Assembly: GCF_030684315.1 (NCBI RefSeq)
Contig: NC_081374.1
Coordinates: 38,104,630-38,168,629, forward strand
Length of the DNA: 64,000 bases
Reading direction: 5' to 3'
Origin: Stegostoma tigrinum
Lineage: Eukaryota
The notes beneath the pieces were generated by a model. It had not been told where the DNA came from and ran no database searches. It was given only the letters and a program-made list of their open reading frames with translations. The position numbers and the translations under genes were made by a program. Positions 36,340 to 49,435 of the stretch are shown in pieces (the first letter of the stretch is position 1; every line of letters starts with the position of its first letter).

Positions 36340-39175
36340 AATTCAAATCTCTGAACTTGGAATCTATGAAACCTCAGGTGATAAAAGAGCACAAAGAAAA
36401 GAACTGTCCACAACTCAATTATCCATGAACTCGGGCACTTCAACATTGATATCACTGCCCTGCAGAAGATTTGAAGACTAGGCAAAAGGCAGTTAAGGGT
36501 GGTTACATCTACTGGAGAGGAAAACCCAACGATCAACCAAGAATGCGTGGAATTCAATTTGCTGTTAAGAACAGACTTGTCAACCAATTGAGCTCATTGT
36601 CAGCAATCACTTCATGTCCCTTGGTCTCCAAATGGCCAAAAACCAGCAGGCAATGTTCATGAGTATCTATGCTCCACCATTTGATGCCACAGATGACTCC
36701 AAACAAAGACTTCTACTCCACCCTGGACACTGTACTCAAAAGGACCCTAATGATAAAATTAACAATTTTGTGAACTTCAATGCCAGGGCTAGAAAATATG
36801 CCCAGTTGTGGAAAGGATCAAGTCTGGAAGTGCAACACCCATGGGATTCTCATTCTCAATAACTAATCATTCACCAATACACTGTTCTGCTAAAAAGACA
36901 TGCTCATGATTTTTTGGAGGCACCCGCAATCAAACCACTGGCACGTAAGTGACCTTGTCATCATTCAATCCAGAGACCAAAAGGATGTCACTGCTAAAGC
37001 GACGACCAGTGCAGATGACTATCAGACAAGAGTACCAGCTCATCCATATCTCAAATGTCCATCAAATACTGCTGAAGCTGAACGTAAGGGGTCAGAAGAA
37101 AAGCTCAACGTTGAGCATCAAGAGTTGAGAGATATGCAGGTATGTTTACAACATTTAAAAAGACAGTTGGATAAGTACAGGAATAGGAATGGTTTGGAGG
37201 GATGTGGGCAAAACACAGGCAGGTGGAATTAGTTTAGTTTGGGAGCACGGTCAGCAAGGACTGGTTGGACTGAAGGATCAGTTTCCATGCTGTATGTCTA
37301 GTAATCTTCTAGTAAAGTCTTTACCAAAATCGCCAAACATTTCTTTTTAATGGAGTAGTGGAAATCTGGAAAGAGCTGTAGGCAGCCATTTTCTCACTGG
37401 TCTTTATAGCCAAGAAACGTCAAGATTTGTTTGACGAGAAAATGATCAAAGCATCCAAGAAAATCATAGACAAGAGAAGAAAAGTTCTCAGGACCTGGAA
37501 AAAAATGACTGTTTGATGAGATCTCCTCATTACAAGTGAGTCAAAGGCAAAGGCAGACTTACAAAGACAAACTCGGAAAATAAAGGACAAAATGGTGAAT
37601 TGAGAGCAAAGAAGCCGCAACGCCTTGCTGAAAAGCCCGACACCTGGGGTTTTTCCACTTGGCACGAAGGCAACATGGGGACGTAACAATCTGATCACAA
37701 AGCAGTGTAGAGCAAGAATACAGAGACAACACTCAAAAAGAACTCTAAGACTGCGATGTAATTGTCAATGAGGACATGTTTGAGGGAACCCTCAATTCCC
37801 TAAGATTGCCATGGACTTCCATGTAGTGTGACCAAAGTGAAGCCACCATTAGACGTATGGAGAAAAGCCACTGGAGTGGAGGGGATTCTAAAAGTTACCT
37901 GTCATCTCCATCAACTATTCCTGAAAATGTGGAGAAAATAAAACTCCCTGCCCATCAGGTATGGTGTCTTCGCAACCATCTTCAAAAGAAGGGAGATAAA
38001 CATGGAGTAATCTCCCGTCTCTCTCTATCACCAGGAAGATCATCGCCTGAATCCTCGCTTGGTTTCCTCCCAAACTCAGTAAGTCTTTCCTGAATGCCGG
38101 CTTGGGTTCTAACCAAACTGTGGAACTATGGACAAGATTTTCACTGCTTGGCAACTCCAAGGAGAACAATATCAACCACTCTACGTCGCCTTAATTGATT
38201 GGACCAAGGTTTTTGACTCAGGAAGTGTTGTGTAAGACCCTGTCAAAAGATGGCAGCCCAGTGAAATTCATCAACATTCTCTGTCTCCTCCACGGCACTG
38301 TTGGCAATGGTCAGAAAGTGAATGCTGTCAATTCTGGGAGGCAACAGGCTAAACAGAGTATTCAAGATGTCCAGACTCTGTTGCTCTAATGCTCTTCCAC
38401 ATATAGTCAAGTCATTCGTCATGCACGGTTGGTTATTTTGCAAGTCCTATAGACACAGCTTGCTCAGGAAATACCACCTTGGAAAAAAAAATTTCCACTC
38501 ACTTTCAAAAAGGAACAAACAGTTTCACCCTGAACTCAACAACAGGGCTTTCTGCTCAGTAAAAGAGCAAGATGTGCCAAACAGATTCCTTTCCAACTGA
38601 ATCTAATAAAACAAATACTTCTTAAAGCCACTCTGCTCTAAACAACTCAGTGAAGAAGGCATCTTCCACCAGTCACATGAATCCTACAAAGCCTTGATTA
38701 AAAAGGATATTGCCCATAGTCATTTTTTAGGCAACCAGACCACTGAATTTCCAAGAAACTTAAAATTAATCCACAATCCTTCAAAACTTCAGTCCTCAAA
38801 AAAAATGGGAAGTGTCTTCATAACTAGATCCAGATCCAACTGATCCATACCACCATCAGCGACAAAATATGGCAGGCAATGTATCATGACTGTTAGGATG
38901 AGTAGGAACAAAATCAAAGAAGCCAGCACCATCTGAGAGATATTACAGAAGCCAAAGTTTATGATAAATTTCCACAGATCAGAAGATATAAACCATACGT
39001 GCTGTTAAGCAACATCTCATTAGTCATCTTCATATTATACTGATAGAACATCAAGTGTATGAAGAGGACTGGTGCACAGTTGGGTGGCCAAATGCGAGGG
39101 AGAGAAATGTGGACATCACATTGCAGTGAGCGCATTTGGAGGCATGGAGAACCAAGACTAAGAATATATAACAAA
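36340..39175 (+). mobile_element. Near full-length but decayed RTE-clade LINE, interrupted by a CR1 3' tail at about 37130-37300
   Basis: APE endonuclease remnants (FNIDITALQ, YWRG..GIQFAV, SIYAP, WRHPQSNHWH..DLVII) and RT remnants (IFKRRE, EEQYQPLYVALIDW..F), with many frameshifts. Confidence 0.7.
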
Positions 39176-39196
39176 ACAGTTAATAGCACTGGTTTA

Positions 39197-39779
39197 ACTC
39201 CCCCTCCCATTCCTCAGATGACATGTCCATCATGGGCCTCCTGCAGTGCCACAATGATGCCACCCGAAGGTTGCAAGAACAGCACCTCATATTCCGCTTG
39301 GGAACCCTGCAGCCCAATGATATTAACGTGGACTTCACAAGTTTCAAAACCTCCCCTTCCCCCACTGCATCATAAAACCAGCCCAGTTCTTCCCCTCCCC
39401 CCACCACATCCCAAAACCAGCCCAGCCTATCTCCGCTTCCCTAACCTGTTCTTCCTCTCACCCATCGCTTCCTCCCACCTCAAGCCGCACCTCCATTTCC
39501 TACCTACCACCCCATCCTGCCTCCTTCACCTGTCCGTCTTCCCTGGACTGACTGATCCCCTCCCTACCTATCTTGTTTTCTCTCCATCTTCAGTCCGCCT
39601 CCCCCCCTCTCCCTATTTATTCCAGTTCCCTCTCCCCATCCCCCCCCTCTCTGATGAAGGGTCTAGGCCTGAAAACATCAGCTTTTGTGCTCCTGAGATG
39701 CTGCTTGGCCTGCTGTGTTCGTCCAGCTCCACACGTTGTTATCTTGGATTCTCCAGCATCTGCACTTCCCATTATCACC
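39197..39779 (+). mobile_element. 5'-truncated Penelope-like element (GIY-YIG C-terminus, pyrimidine-rich 3' region, hammerhead-bearing pLTR) with 15-bp TSD
   Basis: Open frame NSPSHSSDDMSIMGLLQCHNDATRRLQEQHLIFRLGTLQPNDINVDFTSF. CTGATGA...GAAA lies at 39651-39674. Flanked by AATAGCACTGGTTTA direct repeats. Confidence 0.88.
39649..39682 (+). ncRNA. Minimal type I hammerhead ribozyme motif of a PLE (mutated at the cleavage site)
   Basis: CTGATGA-AGGGTCTAGGCCT-GAAA-ACATC. The intact GAAACGTC form of this family is seen on the minus strand at 17475-17482. Confidence 0.65.
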
Positions 39780-41309
39780 AATAGCACTGGTTTACTGTCT
39801 TAAGGCTGGGATGATTCAAGACTTGATCAAGTTATTACTTCCTTATTTTACATTCAGACTACATTAATTTGTTAGGGACTTGGGAATTATGAGCCATTTC
39901 AGTTTTTAAAATCTAGATTAAACTACTTACATTTGTACAAGTCAAGTCAGCTCTTTCCCTTATCAGTTACGGTGTTGACAAAGGTGATTCATCGAGTATT
40001 TAGGAATGCCTGCTTTTATGACCTCTGGATTCAGAGGCAATATGAGGTCAATGTAAGACTTACAAAATATTCAGATCTGTGTTTTTCAAAGCAGGATGAA
40101 ACATTAAAAAATTTCCAGAAGAGGTAGACTGTTGGCTTTAATGTTTCATTTTGAAGCAAAGTGCCTGAAGCACGGCAATAGATACACAACTTGTAAATCT
40201 CATTGCACCTACTTTCCAAGAATTGGCAATGAAGTCATGCAAATGAATATTTTATTGGATGAAGCAAGCAAGAGGTTGCAGTAGGATGTGGGAGACAGTA
40301 ACAGTATGCAAGAGGAAAATTATAAAATGCTTCGCTTTGGTTTTTTAACGATTGTGTTATTAGGTTCGGGTATTCCCAGCCATTGAATCATGTTGGACAT
40401 TTCTGACAGTAGCTTTCCTTCCCACTACCATGAAGTCACTGCTGAAATCCATCCTTAGCTGCCCCTCTCCCCTCATCTGTATGGCTTTCTAACACATACC
40501 TTATTCCAACACTCTACCATCTCTTGTGGCCTCTCGTGTCTGCATCAGTCTACTTTCCAACATCTTATTTTGAATGGACCATAATCTTACCTCAAAAGAC
40601 TGGGTTTTGAAGTCATAATATTTGCTCCTGCCACAGATAACAAAGTGTGGAATTGGATGAACCAGGCCAAGCAGCATATTAGGAGCACACAAATTCTGTC
40701 ATCCTGCTGCCAACTCAAACACCCTTCCAAATTAGGTGTCTCTGGCTGAAGCAAACTTGTCACAACCTTGCTTTCATGCTTGTAATATTTCTCAAAACTC
40801 CCCAGTGGGTGGGAATTTGGAATCTTTACAAAAGATTTAAAACTGTACAAGGTCTGCAAAAAGGAGTAAACCACAACTACTCCTCTGATACTGCTTGGCC
40901 TGCTGTGTTCGACCAGCTCTACACCTCATTATCTTGGATTCTCCAGCATCTGCAGTTCCTAATATCTCAAAAACCACAACTAGATGGTGGTGTAAACCTC
41001 CGCATAGGAGTTTGGGTACTCCTAATGAAATTACAAGGAAGTGACTGTGTTAGTGAACCACTGACCTCACTCAAGCAAACATGTCGCAACTAAAATATGG
41101 TGTCCAAGACAGATAACCTGAAAATCAAAAAGGAATCCAGCTGAGCCTTTTTTGCATCTCATTACAGCCTGCAGAAGATTCTAACCCATGGAGACAGTGT
41201 AGTGCCAAGAGGGCTGCTATAAACAAACAAACAAAGTCACCTAGTATTCAAAACCATTAACACGTCTAACCATTAGAAATTAAACTAAAGCAGCCTATCC
41301 TCTACTGCA

Positions 41310-41650
41310 ACGAGTTCAGAACAATATCCAGGCTTGGCTGACCAGGGGCAACTATTGTGTCACACAAATGGCAGGCAATATTCAGAGACAAAGACAGAGA
41401 CAGAGACAGAGACAATCTAACCACCACCACTTGACACTCAGTGGCATTACACTCACTGTACTCCCATTAACAACATCCTCAGGGTGACGATTAACCAGAA
41501 ACTCAACTGGACTTATCACAAAACAGTGGCTACAAGAACATGTCACAGGCTAGGAAGACTGCAACAAATAACTCATCTAATTCCCTATTGCCCGTCTACC
41601 ACCTACAAGGCATCACTCAGAATTACTTTGGAATACTTCCCAGCTATTCT
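41310..41650 (+). mobile_element. L2/CR1-group LINE RT fragment
   Basis: NNIQAWL..; ILRVTINQKLNWT..VATR..RLG motifs (ORF 41484..41717). Confidence 0.6.
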
Positions 41651-42289
41651 TCCCACTCCACCAACTTGTCATGTCCTTGTGAAGTTCAACATGGTCTTCC
41701 TCAGTTTACAATTCTAACAAGTTTTTGTCCAGACACTTCGAAATCGCCCCCCTGCCAACAATGCATACATACACTAGGCATTACAAGGTTAAAAATGAGG
41801 GCCCCTAATACCAGTGTCTGAGGAACTTTCCTCCTGCTCAAAAAACACCCATTAACCACTACTGTTTCCTCGTTAATTTTGTATCCACGCTGCTTCATGT
41901 CCTTGTTTACTCCATGATCAATAAATGCTCAGACAAGGCTGTTGTATGGCAAGGCATCAAAAGCCTCTTGGAAGTCAACGTAAACTATTTAAATGCAGTT
42001 TTAGTTGCAAACCCTTTGTGTTATCTCCTTAAAAAAATACACTCCAAGTCCAACAGACAGTTTTCCCTTAACATGACCATGTTGATTCTTTCAAATTAAT
42101 TCAACATTTTGCCTTTTGGCAATTATTTGGGAAACTTAAATTTTCTTCACCACTCAAGTAAACAGATGTGCCTGTAAATTTGTGGACCAATCTAACTTTT
42201 TTTTGGAGCAATTTCAATATCTTTTACAATTTTCCAATCATCTAGTACCATCTTTGAATCCAGAAAATAGTGAAACATTTTTGCAGAGA

Positions 42290-42470
42290 TTTGTAGCTCA
42301 GGTTGTGGGCAGGATTGTTGACTTGCTCGCCGACCTGGCTTGTTTTCGTTCAGATATTTCGTCACCATGCTAGGTAACATCATTAGTGATGCCTCCAATG
42401 AAGCCATGTTATTCTACTCCATTTGGAATTTATACTCTTTGGTCCATTATGGCAACCAGTGTCATTTCCA
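42290..42470 (-). mobile_element. PLE pLTR fragment (family D-like) with decayed hammerhead
   Basis: Similar to 29270-29410. The minus strand reads CA-CTAATGA-T-GTTACC-tagcat-GGTGAC-GAAA-TATC-TG. Confidence 0.65.
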
Positions 42471-42471
42471 G

Positions 42472-43750
42472 AAAACTACCCAGTGGAACACCCAGAGAGA
42501 GATGTCCTCAAGCTGAGATGGCTGACCTCCAACAACTACGACCCCATCTTCCCATGTGTCAGGTATGGTTGTAACCACAAGAGGGTTTTCCCCTAATACC
42601 CATTTCATTCTAGTTTTGCTAGGGCTCTGTGATGCCACACAAGGTTGAAAGCAGCTGTCACATCAAGGTCACCTCACCTCTGGAATTCAGCTCTTTTGTC
42701 CAATGTTTGAACCAAGGCTGTAAAGAGGTCAGGAACTAAGTGGCCCTGGCGGAAGCCAAGCTGGTCATCACTGATCAGGTGATTGCTGAGCAGAAGCTGT
42801 TTGATAGCACTGTTGATGCCTTCCATCACTTTACTGATGGCTAGTCGGGTTGGATTTGTCCTGCTTTTTAATGTAAAGGACATATCAAGGCAATTTTCCA
42901 CATTGTCTGGCAGATGCCAATGTTGTAACGGGAGCGGCAAGTTCTGGAGCTCAAGTCGCTTGTACTGTTGTCAAGACGTTATCAGGGCAGGTAGCCTTGG
43001 CAATATCCAATGCCTCCAACAGTTTCTTGATATTATGCAAAGTGGATCAAATCAGCTGAAGACCGGTATCTGTAATGCTGGGGGCCATTGGAGGCAGCGA
43101 TAGATCATCCACTTAGCACTTCTGGCTGAAGATTCCTGTGAATGCTTCATCCTTATTTTTTTTTACACTGATGTTCTGGGTTCTTCCATCTTTGAGCATA
43201 GGGATATTTGTGGAGCCTCCTCCTTTAGGGAGTTGTTTAATTGTCCACCAGCATTCAGTACTGGATGTGGCAGAACTGCAAAGCCTACATCTGATCAATT
43301 GGTTGTGGGATCACTTAGCTCTATCACTTGCTGCTTATGTTCCCTGGATATGCAAGTAGTCCTGTTTGGTGGCTTCGCCAGGTTGGCTGCTCATCTTCAG
43401 CTGTGCCTGGCCCTGCCCCCGGCATGCTCTCGTGCACTCTCCATTGAGCAAGGGTTGATCCCGTGGCCTGATGGTAATGATTGAGTGGAGGATATACCCG
43501 GTCATGAGGTTACCGAGGGTGTGCTGGAGGACAATTCTATTGCTGTTGATGGCCCTCAGCACCTCATGGATGCTGAGTGTTGAGTTGCTGGATAGTGTCA
43601 CACAACATGGAGGTTATTCTCAACGTGAAGCTTGGTAAGGATGAGGTCAAGCATGTTTTTCACCCCTTCTTGTTTCCCTCAGCACCTGCCACAGACCCAG
43701 CCTAGCAACAATGTTTTTTTAAGACCCAACCAGCTCAGTCAGTAGTACTG
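42472..43750 (-). mobile_element. L2/CR1-group LINE ORF2 fragment
   Basis: ISKVMEGINSAIKQLLLSNHLISDDQLGFRQGH..PDL.TALVQ (ORF 42674..42940) and WWTIKQL..GG.S.NIP.L (ORF 43113..43298). Confidence 0.8.
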
Positions 43751-46289
43751 CTGCTTTGAAATTAGTCTTATGAACAGAAAGATAATACATTTTCAAAAAG
43801 GCATGAAACTGTGTTCAGCTCATTGTTGATATTCAGATTTGCATGTCCTCGTACAAGGCAAGTCAGTGTACAGCTGTAGCCAGCAATTAGTAAGGCAAAT
43901 AGCCTTACTGCAAGGGGAGTGGAATGAATGAATAAATAAAGTCGTCTCACTAAAATTGCACAGGCCTTTGTGAAGTTCCTAAACACATGTCAAATCTATT
44001 TTTATAACTCATCCAGACACTGAAACACTTGATTCTAAACTTCAGCAACCAAAATACAGGTCCACACTTCCTAAGTAAGTTTCCCCTAAAATCTGCAATT
44101 TATTATAAAGTGCTGCAGCAGACAGTTCTGCAAACATGGGAGGTAAAATAAACTAAACTATTGTTCCTAAAGTCATCTACACATATCAAGTATATAATAT
44201 TCTTCAAAAGCAAGCACCTGGTTTACAGAATAATTATCAAAGCTAAAATAACTGTACCGTAGCCAACCCACAAAAATGTCCTGGCCAACTGGTTGAATTG
44301 GTTAGAAATCTCAAATGTGACAAGTAACAAAGAAAGATTGTCACCTATTTCAGTGAGACCACGAAATGAAGTGAGAAGTACTCAAAACTGATTTACATAA
44401 AAAAGGACCTTCCAGCCCACATATTCTCTGCACAATTCTTTTGCTTAATGAAACAAGCAGTCATGTTAAAAATCAAATTATTTAGGTTTTCGTATACAAA
44501 AATCTATCAAACTGTAAAAGTGTTGCCATCGAACTTCCAAAAATGAAACAAAAAAATTATGCCAATGAAGTGAAAGGAAGCAGTGCTCACTGTACAATCT
44601 GTTCCTGATTTTTGCTTACATTTTTACTTTTCTTTCCTACCATGATGACCCTTGCGTCAGTTACTAGAAATGGTTAAAGAAAGTCCAATTTAATTTCAGA
44701 AGAACTCATTTTTGTTTCACTTTGAATCTATGTCATTCAACTTTTCAGACAGTGGCTATTCCAAGGCTTAGCAAAAGGTATGCGCCAAGTACAAGATACT
44801 GAAATGAATCAATGCAGTTTGGCTGAGGCTAGAAGTTGCAGTTTCATCTGAAGCAAAGCACAATGAAGCATCAGTTTACTGGCTCAAAAAGGTCCAGAGT
44901 ATTTAGAAGTGCAGATCACTGGATCAGTACAAAATCTACATATCTCAATCAAACTGTAGAGCCAACAGCAAAAGGACCACTAATTTCTCAAAAGCAATGT
45001 AAATACTGAAAAGATTACAATTTAGAGAAGTAGACATTTTTAATCACCAACTACTGGTAATCCAAAAAGGGGAAATGCTAGTCTTCTCTTCAAGAACAAT
45101 TCTCCCTTTCTTTTAAATTGTCTGGATTTTAACCATTAGGAACAACTTTGCTATGCAGTCCTACAAAATGGTAGTCAGACTGACTCCTAAGAGCAAAAGC
45201 CTTTTATGATTCTTGTAGAGGGAGGATAGGATAATCATTGAACACTTTGCAACCATTCACAATGACACTCAAAATCCTAACCTCAGATATGACCAGTCAA
45301 CTCAGTTTCAAATGGTATCAGAGATAATGGGAACTGCAGATGCTGGAGAATCCAAGATAATAAAGTGTGAAGCTGGATGAACACAGCAGGTCAAGCAGCA
45401 TCTCTGGAGCACAAAAAGATGGCCCTGTTTTAACTCATTTGCTGCCTTTTCCACATCACAAGGGACATGCAGGCAACAGTAGACCATTCTACAAAGAACA
45501 ATCCTTCCAACATCAACTCAATATTGTCATGTTCTCAGTTGATGGCAATACTGAACAAGTCAGATCCCAAATGAGAACTAACTTAATTGATGCCAACTTT
45601 TATTTTTGAGATTTGTCTAGCGGTCAGTTACTGAAATTATTCCAGAGAGCTGCCAGTGTACTCTTAAGAAAATACATTAAATGACATTACACTGTTGTCT
45701 TACTACAACCATCAGAACTGGGAGATTCAGTCACCATCTTTCAAATATGCAAACCTCAATTAAGGATCACACTGCCTCCACTTTTAAGTCCTTTGTTCAG
45801 TTAATATGGCTGTTCCCGGTTTCCAGAGTTCCTTTTTCCAATTTCCAAACTTTGAGAGCAAACACAGGTTTCCTACAGTCTCAGCTTCAAGCAGTTTGCT
45901 GCTTCTGGAGCTTTCTTCCAAGTCACTCAGGACTTCTTCCACAAGTTGATTGTTGAGACTACTAAAATTGACAACACCTTGTCACATTGTTTGAAGCTGT
46001 ATGTACATGTGGTCTTCTGGATGGTTCTACCTCTGTGATAATACTTTAGGTAACAAGTGCTTTTCTTCACTTCATAGCCTTGCTGCTAATTAAAACGTCA
46101 TTAGCTGAAATTTTAAGAATTTTTGTTTACAAGTATGCAAACAAAACTTGAGGCAAATCAGATGCCACACTTGGTTTCAGTTTCATGTTTGTGTTCCATA
46201 CTCTTCCCTTCTTAACACTAAAAATACAAATGCAACTTTAAGCTGTACACAGTCCTGTCCATTTTAGCACTTTTGTAACTGGAGCACTC

Positions 46290-46680
46290 TGCCCTATAAA
46301 TCAGAAGGTTCAAGGCTTAAGCTCCACAGCACAACCTGACCACATTATGAAGACTAATATTTCAGGACTGCGCTGAAGTAACATAGCCCCTCCAGCGATG
46401 CAATCCTTTTGATACAAAAGGAAATCTAGGCTACAGATGCTCATTTTTAGATCAAAGCATGCAATTCTAAGCTGTTTTGGCCAACATTCTTCCCTCAACC
46501 AATGCAAAAAAATCATTTAACTCATAATTCATTTCACTAACTTTATTAAGATTTTGATATGCACTGCAAGTTTTTTTCCCCTAAATAGCTCAAGTTGAAT
46601 ATTTCTTCAGCTATGAAGCACTTCAGAATCCCCAAGGATGTAAATAACCTATTTTAATACAAAGACTATTCTCTCCTTAC
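46290..46680 (+). mobile_element. Ancient Deu-domain SINE (SacSINE1/AmnSINE-like) relic
   Basis: ttggccaacattcttccctcaacc and tgaagcacttcag..aggatgtaaa motifs resemble the DeuSINE core and tail. Similar relics lie at about 6840-7085, 23680-23812 and 59545-59790. Confidence 0.45.
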
Positions 46681-48384
46681 AAAAAAGATGACACACACAA
46701 AATGTTACATTTCAAGTAAGTAAAGGCCAATAATTTCCCACTTGATGGGTTTCAGCTATTGTGGTCTTGTCACAAGCACCAAGCAGAAGTGTGACTACAG
46801 ACAGACAACAGAAATGTTCTACTCATCCAAAAGATCATGGTTAGTTAAGCATTACTGAACTCATTCAAAACACTTCGAGAGCAATATTGGGTGCTCATTA
46901 CAGTTAAGCCACAAAAGCACAACTGTTCATGGTCCAGTGTTTGGGGCTCATATTTTTCAGCAACAGCATGAACGAGCTTTCACTTCCTCCAGTATGAGGC
47001 TTCAGAACGCTGGTTGCACATTCATGTTTGTGGAAGATAAGGCCATGGACAATACAATTATCTTCGCAAACTATACTTTTGAGTTTACAAAAGAACGGCT
47101 CTAAATTTTAAAATCAAACATCCCAACAGAATCCCAACTGCATATAAGACCAGGTTACGCTAGGATGACTATGCAGAAATGTTAGCATGGCATAAAGTCC
47201 ATAGAGGAAACGCTGCTATATCAGTATGTCAGCAACACATGAAGCTTTAGAAATTCTCTCTGCACCACCCATAGTAAAACTATGGAGGTATAATGAGTGG
47301 TCAAGTATGTTCAGTCATTAAAATCCTCCTCACCTCCAGTGTTGAAGTACATGGTTGAGGCCATAGATTCTAGGATATCCACTCAGGTGAAAAGTGAAAG
47401 GACTGCAGTACTTGCACAGGTGGGTACATTAAACAGATTTGTTTCCTGGCAGTTCCATTGGACAGCATTAGAATTTAAGCTTTTCCAGAGACTTAAGCTA
47501 TGTCCAATACGCAAGTCAGTTTATACAAGAAACCCTATATTTCCTGTGAACTTAAACCAGGCCTTAAGCTCACATTAAGCCATGATAACATGGAAACAGA
47601 TTTGTTCCATATTATTAGATTACATTGAGGGTTCACAGTGTGGGTCTGGTGATAGCTGAGAATATATAATTTTAACAGGGCAGTGGTGACTAAAATAGTG
47701 TCAGGAAACTTTGGATTGTTAATATGCAAGGAAGACATGTCATTAAATACCTTGTTGCAAAAGGGACTTATTGGAAAGTGACCACAATACATCAGATTTT
47801 TTTTGCGACTTCGAAAGCAAATTGGGGAATCAAACTTGGGTCATAAAATTTGACTGGAAGATACAAATTGAGAGGTCTTAGGCTGCATGTTTCACCTTCT
47901 GGGAAATTATAGAGCTATTAGGCACTCTTTAAAAATAATGTACCCATTTGAGATAGATAAGGAGAAATTTGTTGTCAGAGGTACAGTCTTTGGAACTTGG
48001 CTCCTCAAAAACAAAAAAGGTTGTGTAAGAAGTCTTCAGATATTTGAGGGCTTGAGGAAATACAACCAAGCTCAGCCTTGAAATAGCAGTGTTCAAATGG
48101 CAGAAGTCATGTCAGCTAAACAAATAACATGGGGAAACATCCAACAATGCTGCAGCAGTTTAGGAGACCACTTTTTGTTGAACTGTTGATTTTTGTTTTT
48201 CCATAATTGAAGGTACTGTATTTTTGTTTCAAAAGTCGAGGAACTTTGTGGAGAAATAAAAAGTGGAGGAAATTTTACTCTATATTTTACCTAGTGCTGT
48301 CCCAACACACAAGTGTCTGATGGGTTGGGCGGGGGGGGGGGGGGGGGTGAAATCTCAACTTTTTTTGGCTTTGTCCTTTGTTTA

Positions 48385-49435
48385 CAATAGTAAAGGGTTC
48401 TTGTTCAGACTGAAGGCCTGAGACCACTGGTATGCCACAAGGATTGGTTCTAGATCCACCGTTGATTGCCATTTATATACACAACATTTGGATAAGAAGA
48501 TAGGCAGTATGGTTAATAAGTTTGTGGATGAGACCAAATTGGCGGTATAGCAGTCAGTGAAGTGGTTATTGTACAGTCTAATGGACCTTGATCAACAGGG
48601 CCAGTGGACGAGGAATGGCAAATGGAGTTAAATTTACATAAATGTGAGGTGTTGCATTTTGCTCAGCCAATTCTGTGTGCAGGACTTGGACATTTAATGG
48701 TAGGGCCTTGGGGAGTGTAGTAAACAGACAGGCCTAGGGGGTCAGATACATAGTTCCTTGAAAATGGCAACATAAGTATGAAGGGTAATGAAGATGCTAT
48801 TTGGTATGCTCAGCTTCATTTGTCAGAGAAGTTTTTGGATATTTAAGGCCACAAATGGAATACTGCAAACAATTCTGGTCACCACGATATATGGGGGATG
48901 TAATTAGACTGGAAAGGGTACAGAAAAGATTCACAAGCATGTTACCAAGACTGGAAGGTTTGAGTTATGAGAAGCTGATAGGCTGGGGTGTTTTTCAGAG
49001 GCTGAGGTATGGCTTTATGAAAATTTTAAAAAAATCATGAGGTGCTCACATAAGGAGAAAGGCTAAGATCTCCCAGGGTAGGGGAGTCCAAAACTAAGTG
49101 GGTACAGATTTAAGGTGAGGGGGAGAGAAAGATTTAAATGGGATCCGAAGGACAACTTTTTTCTCACGGAGATGGAATGTATATGGTATAAGCTTTTAGA
49201 GGAAGTGGTAGAGAGATCGATAAAGTTAGAACATTTTAAAGACATTTGGACAAGTAGATGGATAGCAAAGGTTCATATGGATGTGAATAAAACAAACCAG
49301 CTCTACACCTGTTGTCTCAGATTCTCCAGCATCAGCAGTTCCTACTATCTCCAAATGGGATTAGTTCAGTTTAGGAAACCTGGTCAGCACAGACAAGTTG
49401 GACTGAAGGGCCTGTTTCTGTTCTGGTCAATCTGA
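48385..49435 (+). mobile_element. CR1/HER1 LINE RT to 3' end, with a short PLE fragment at about 49297-49350
   Basis: RPQMEYCKQFWSPRY..DVIRLERVQKRFTSMLPRLEGLSY (ORF 48801..49040) and a HER1 tail. Confidence 0.82.

Noticed and set aside
39059-39784. Longest ORF (241 aa, Pro/Leu/Ser-rich) as a novel gene
   Set aside because: It is an off-frame read-through of the RTE end and the C-rich PLE insertion. The recognisable PLE peptide is in another frame.
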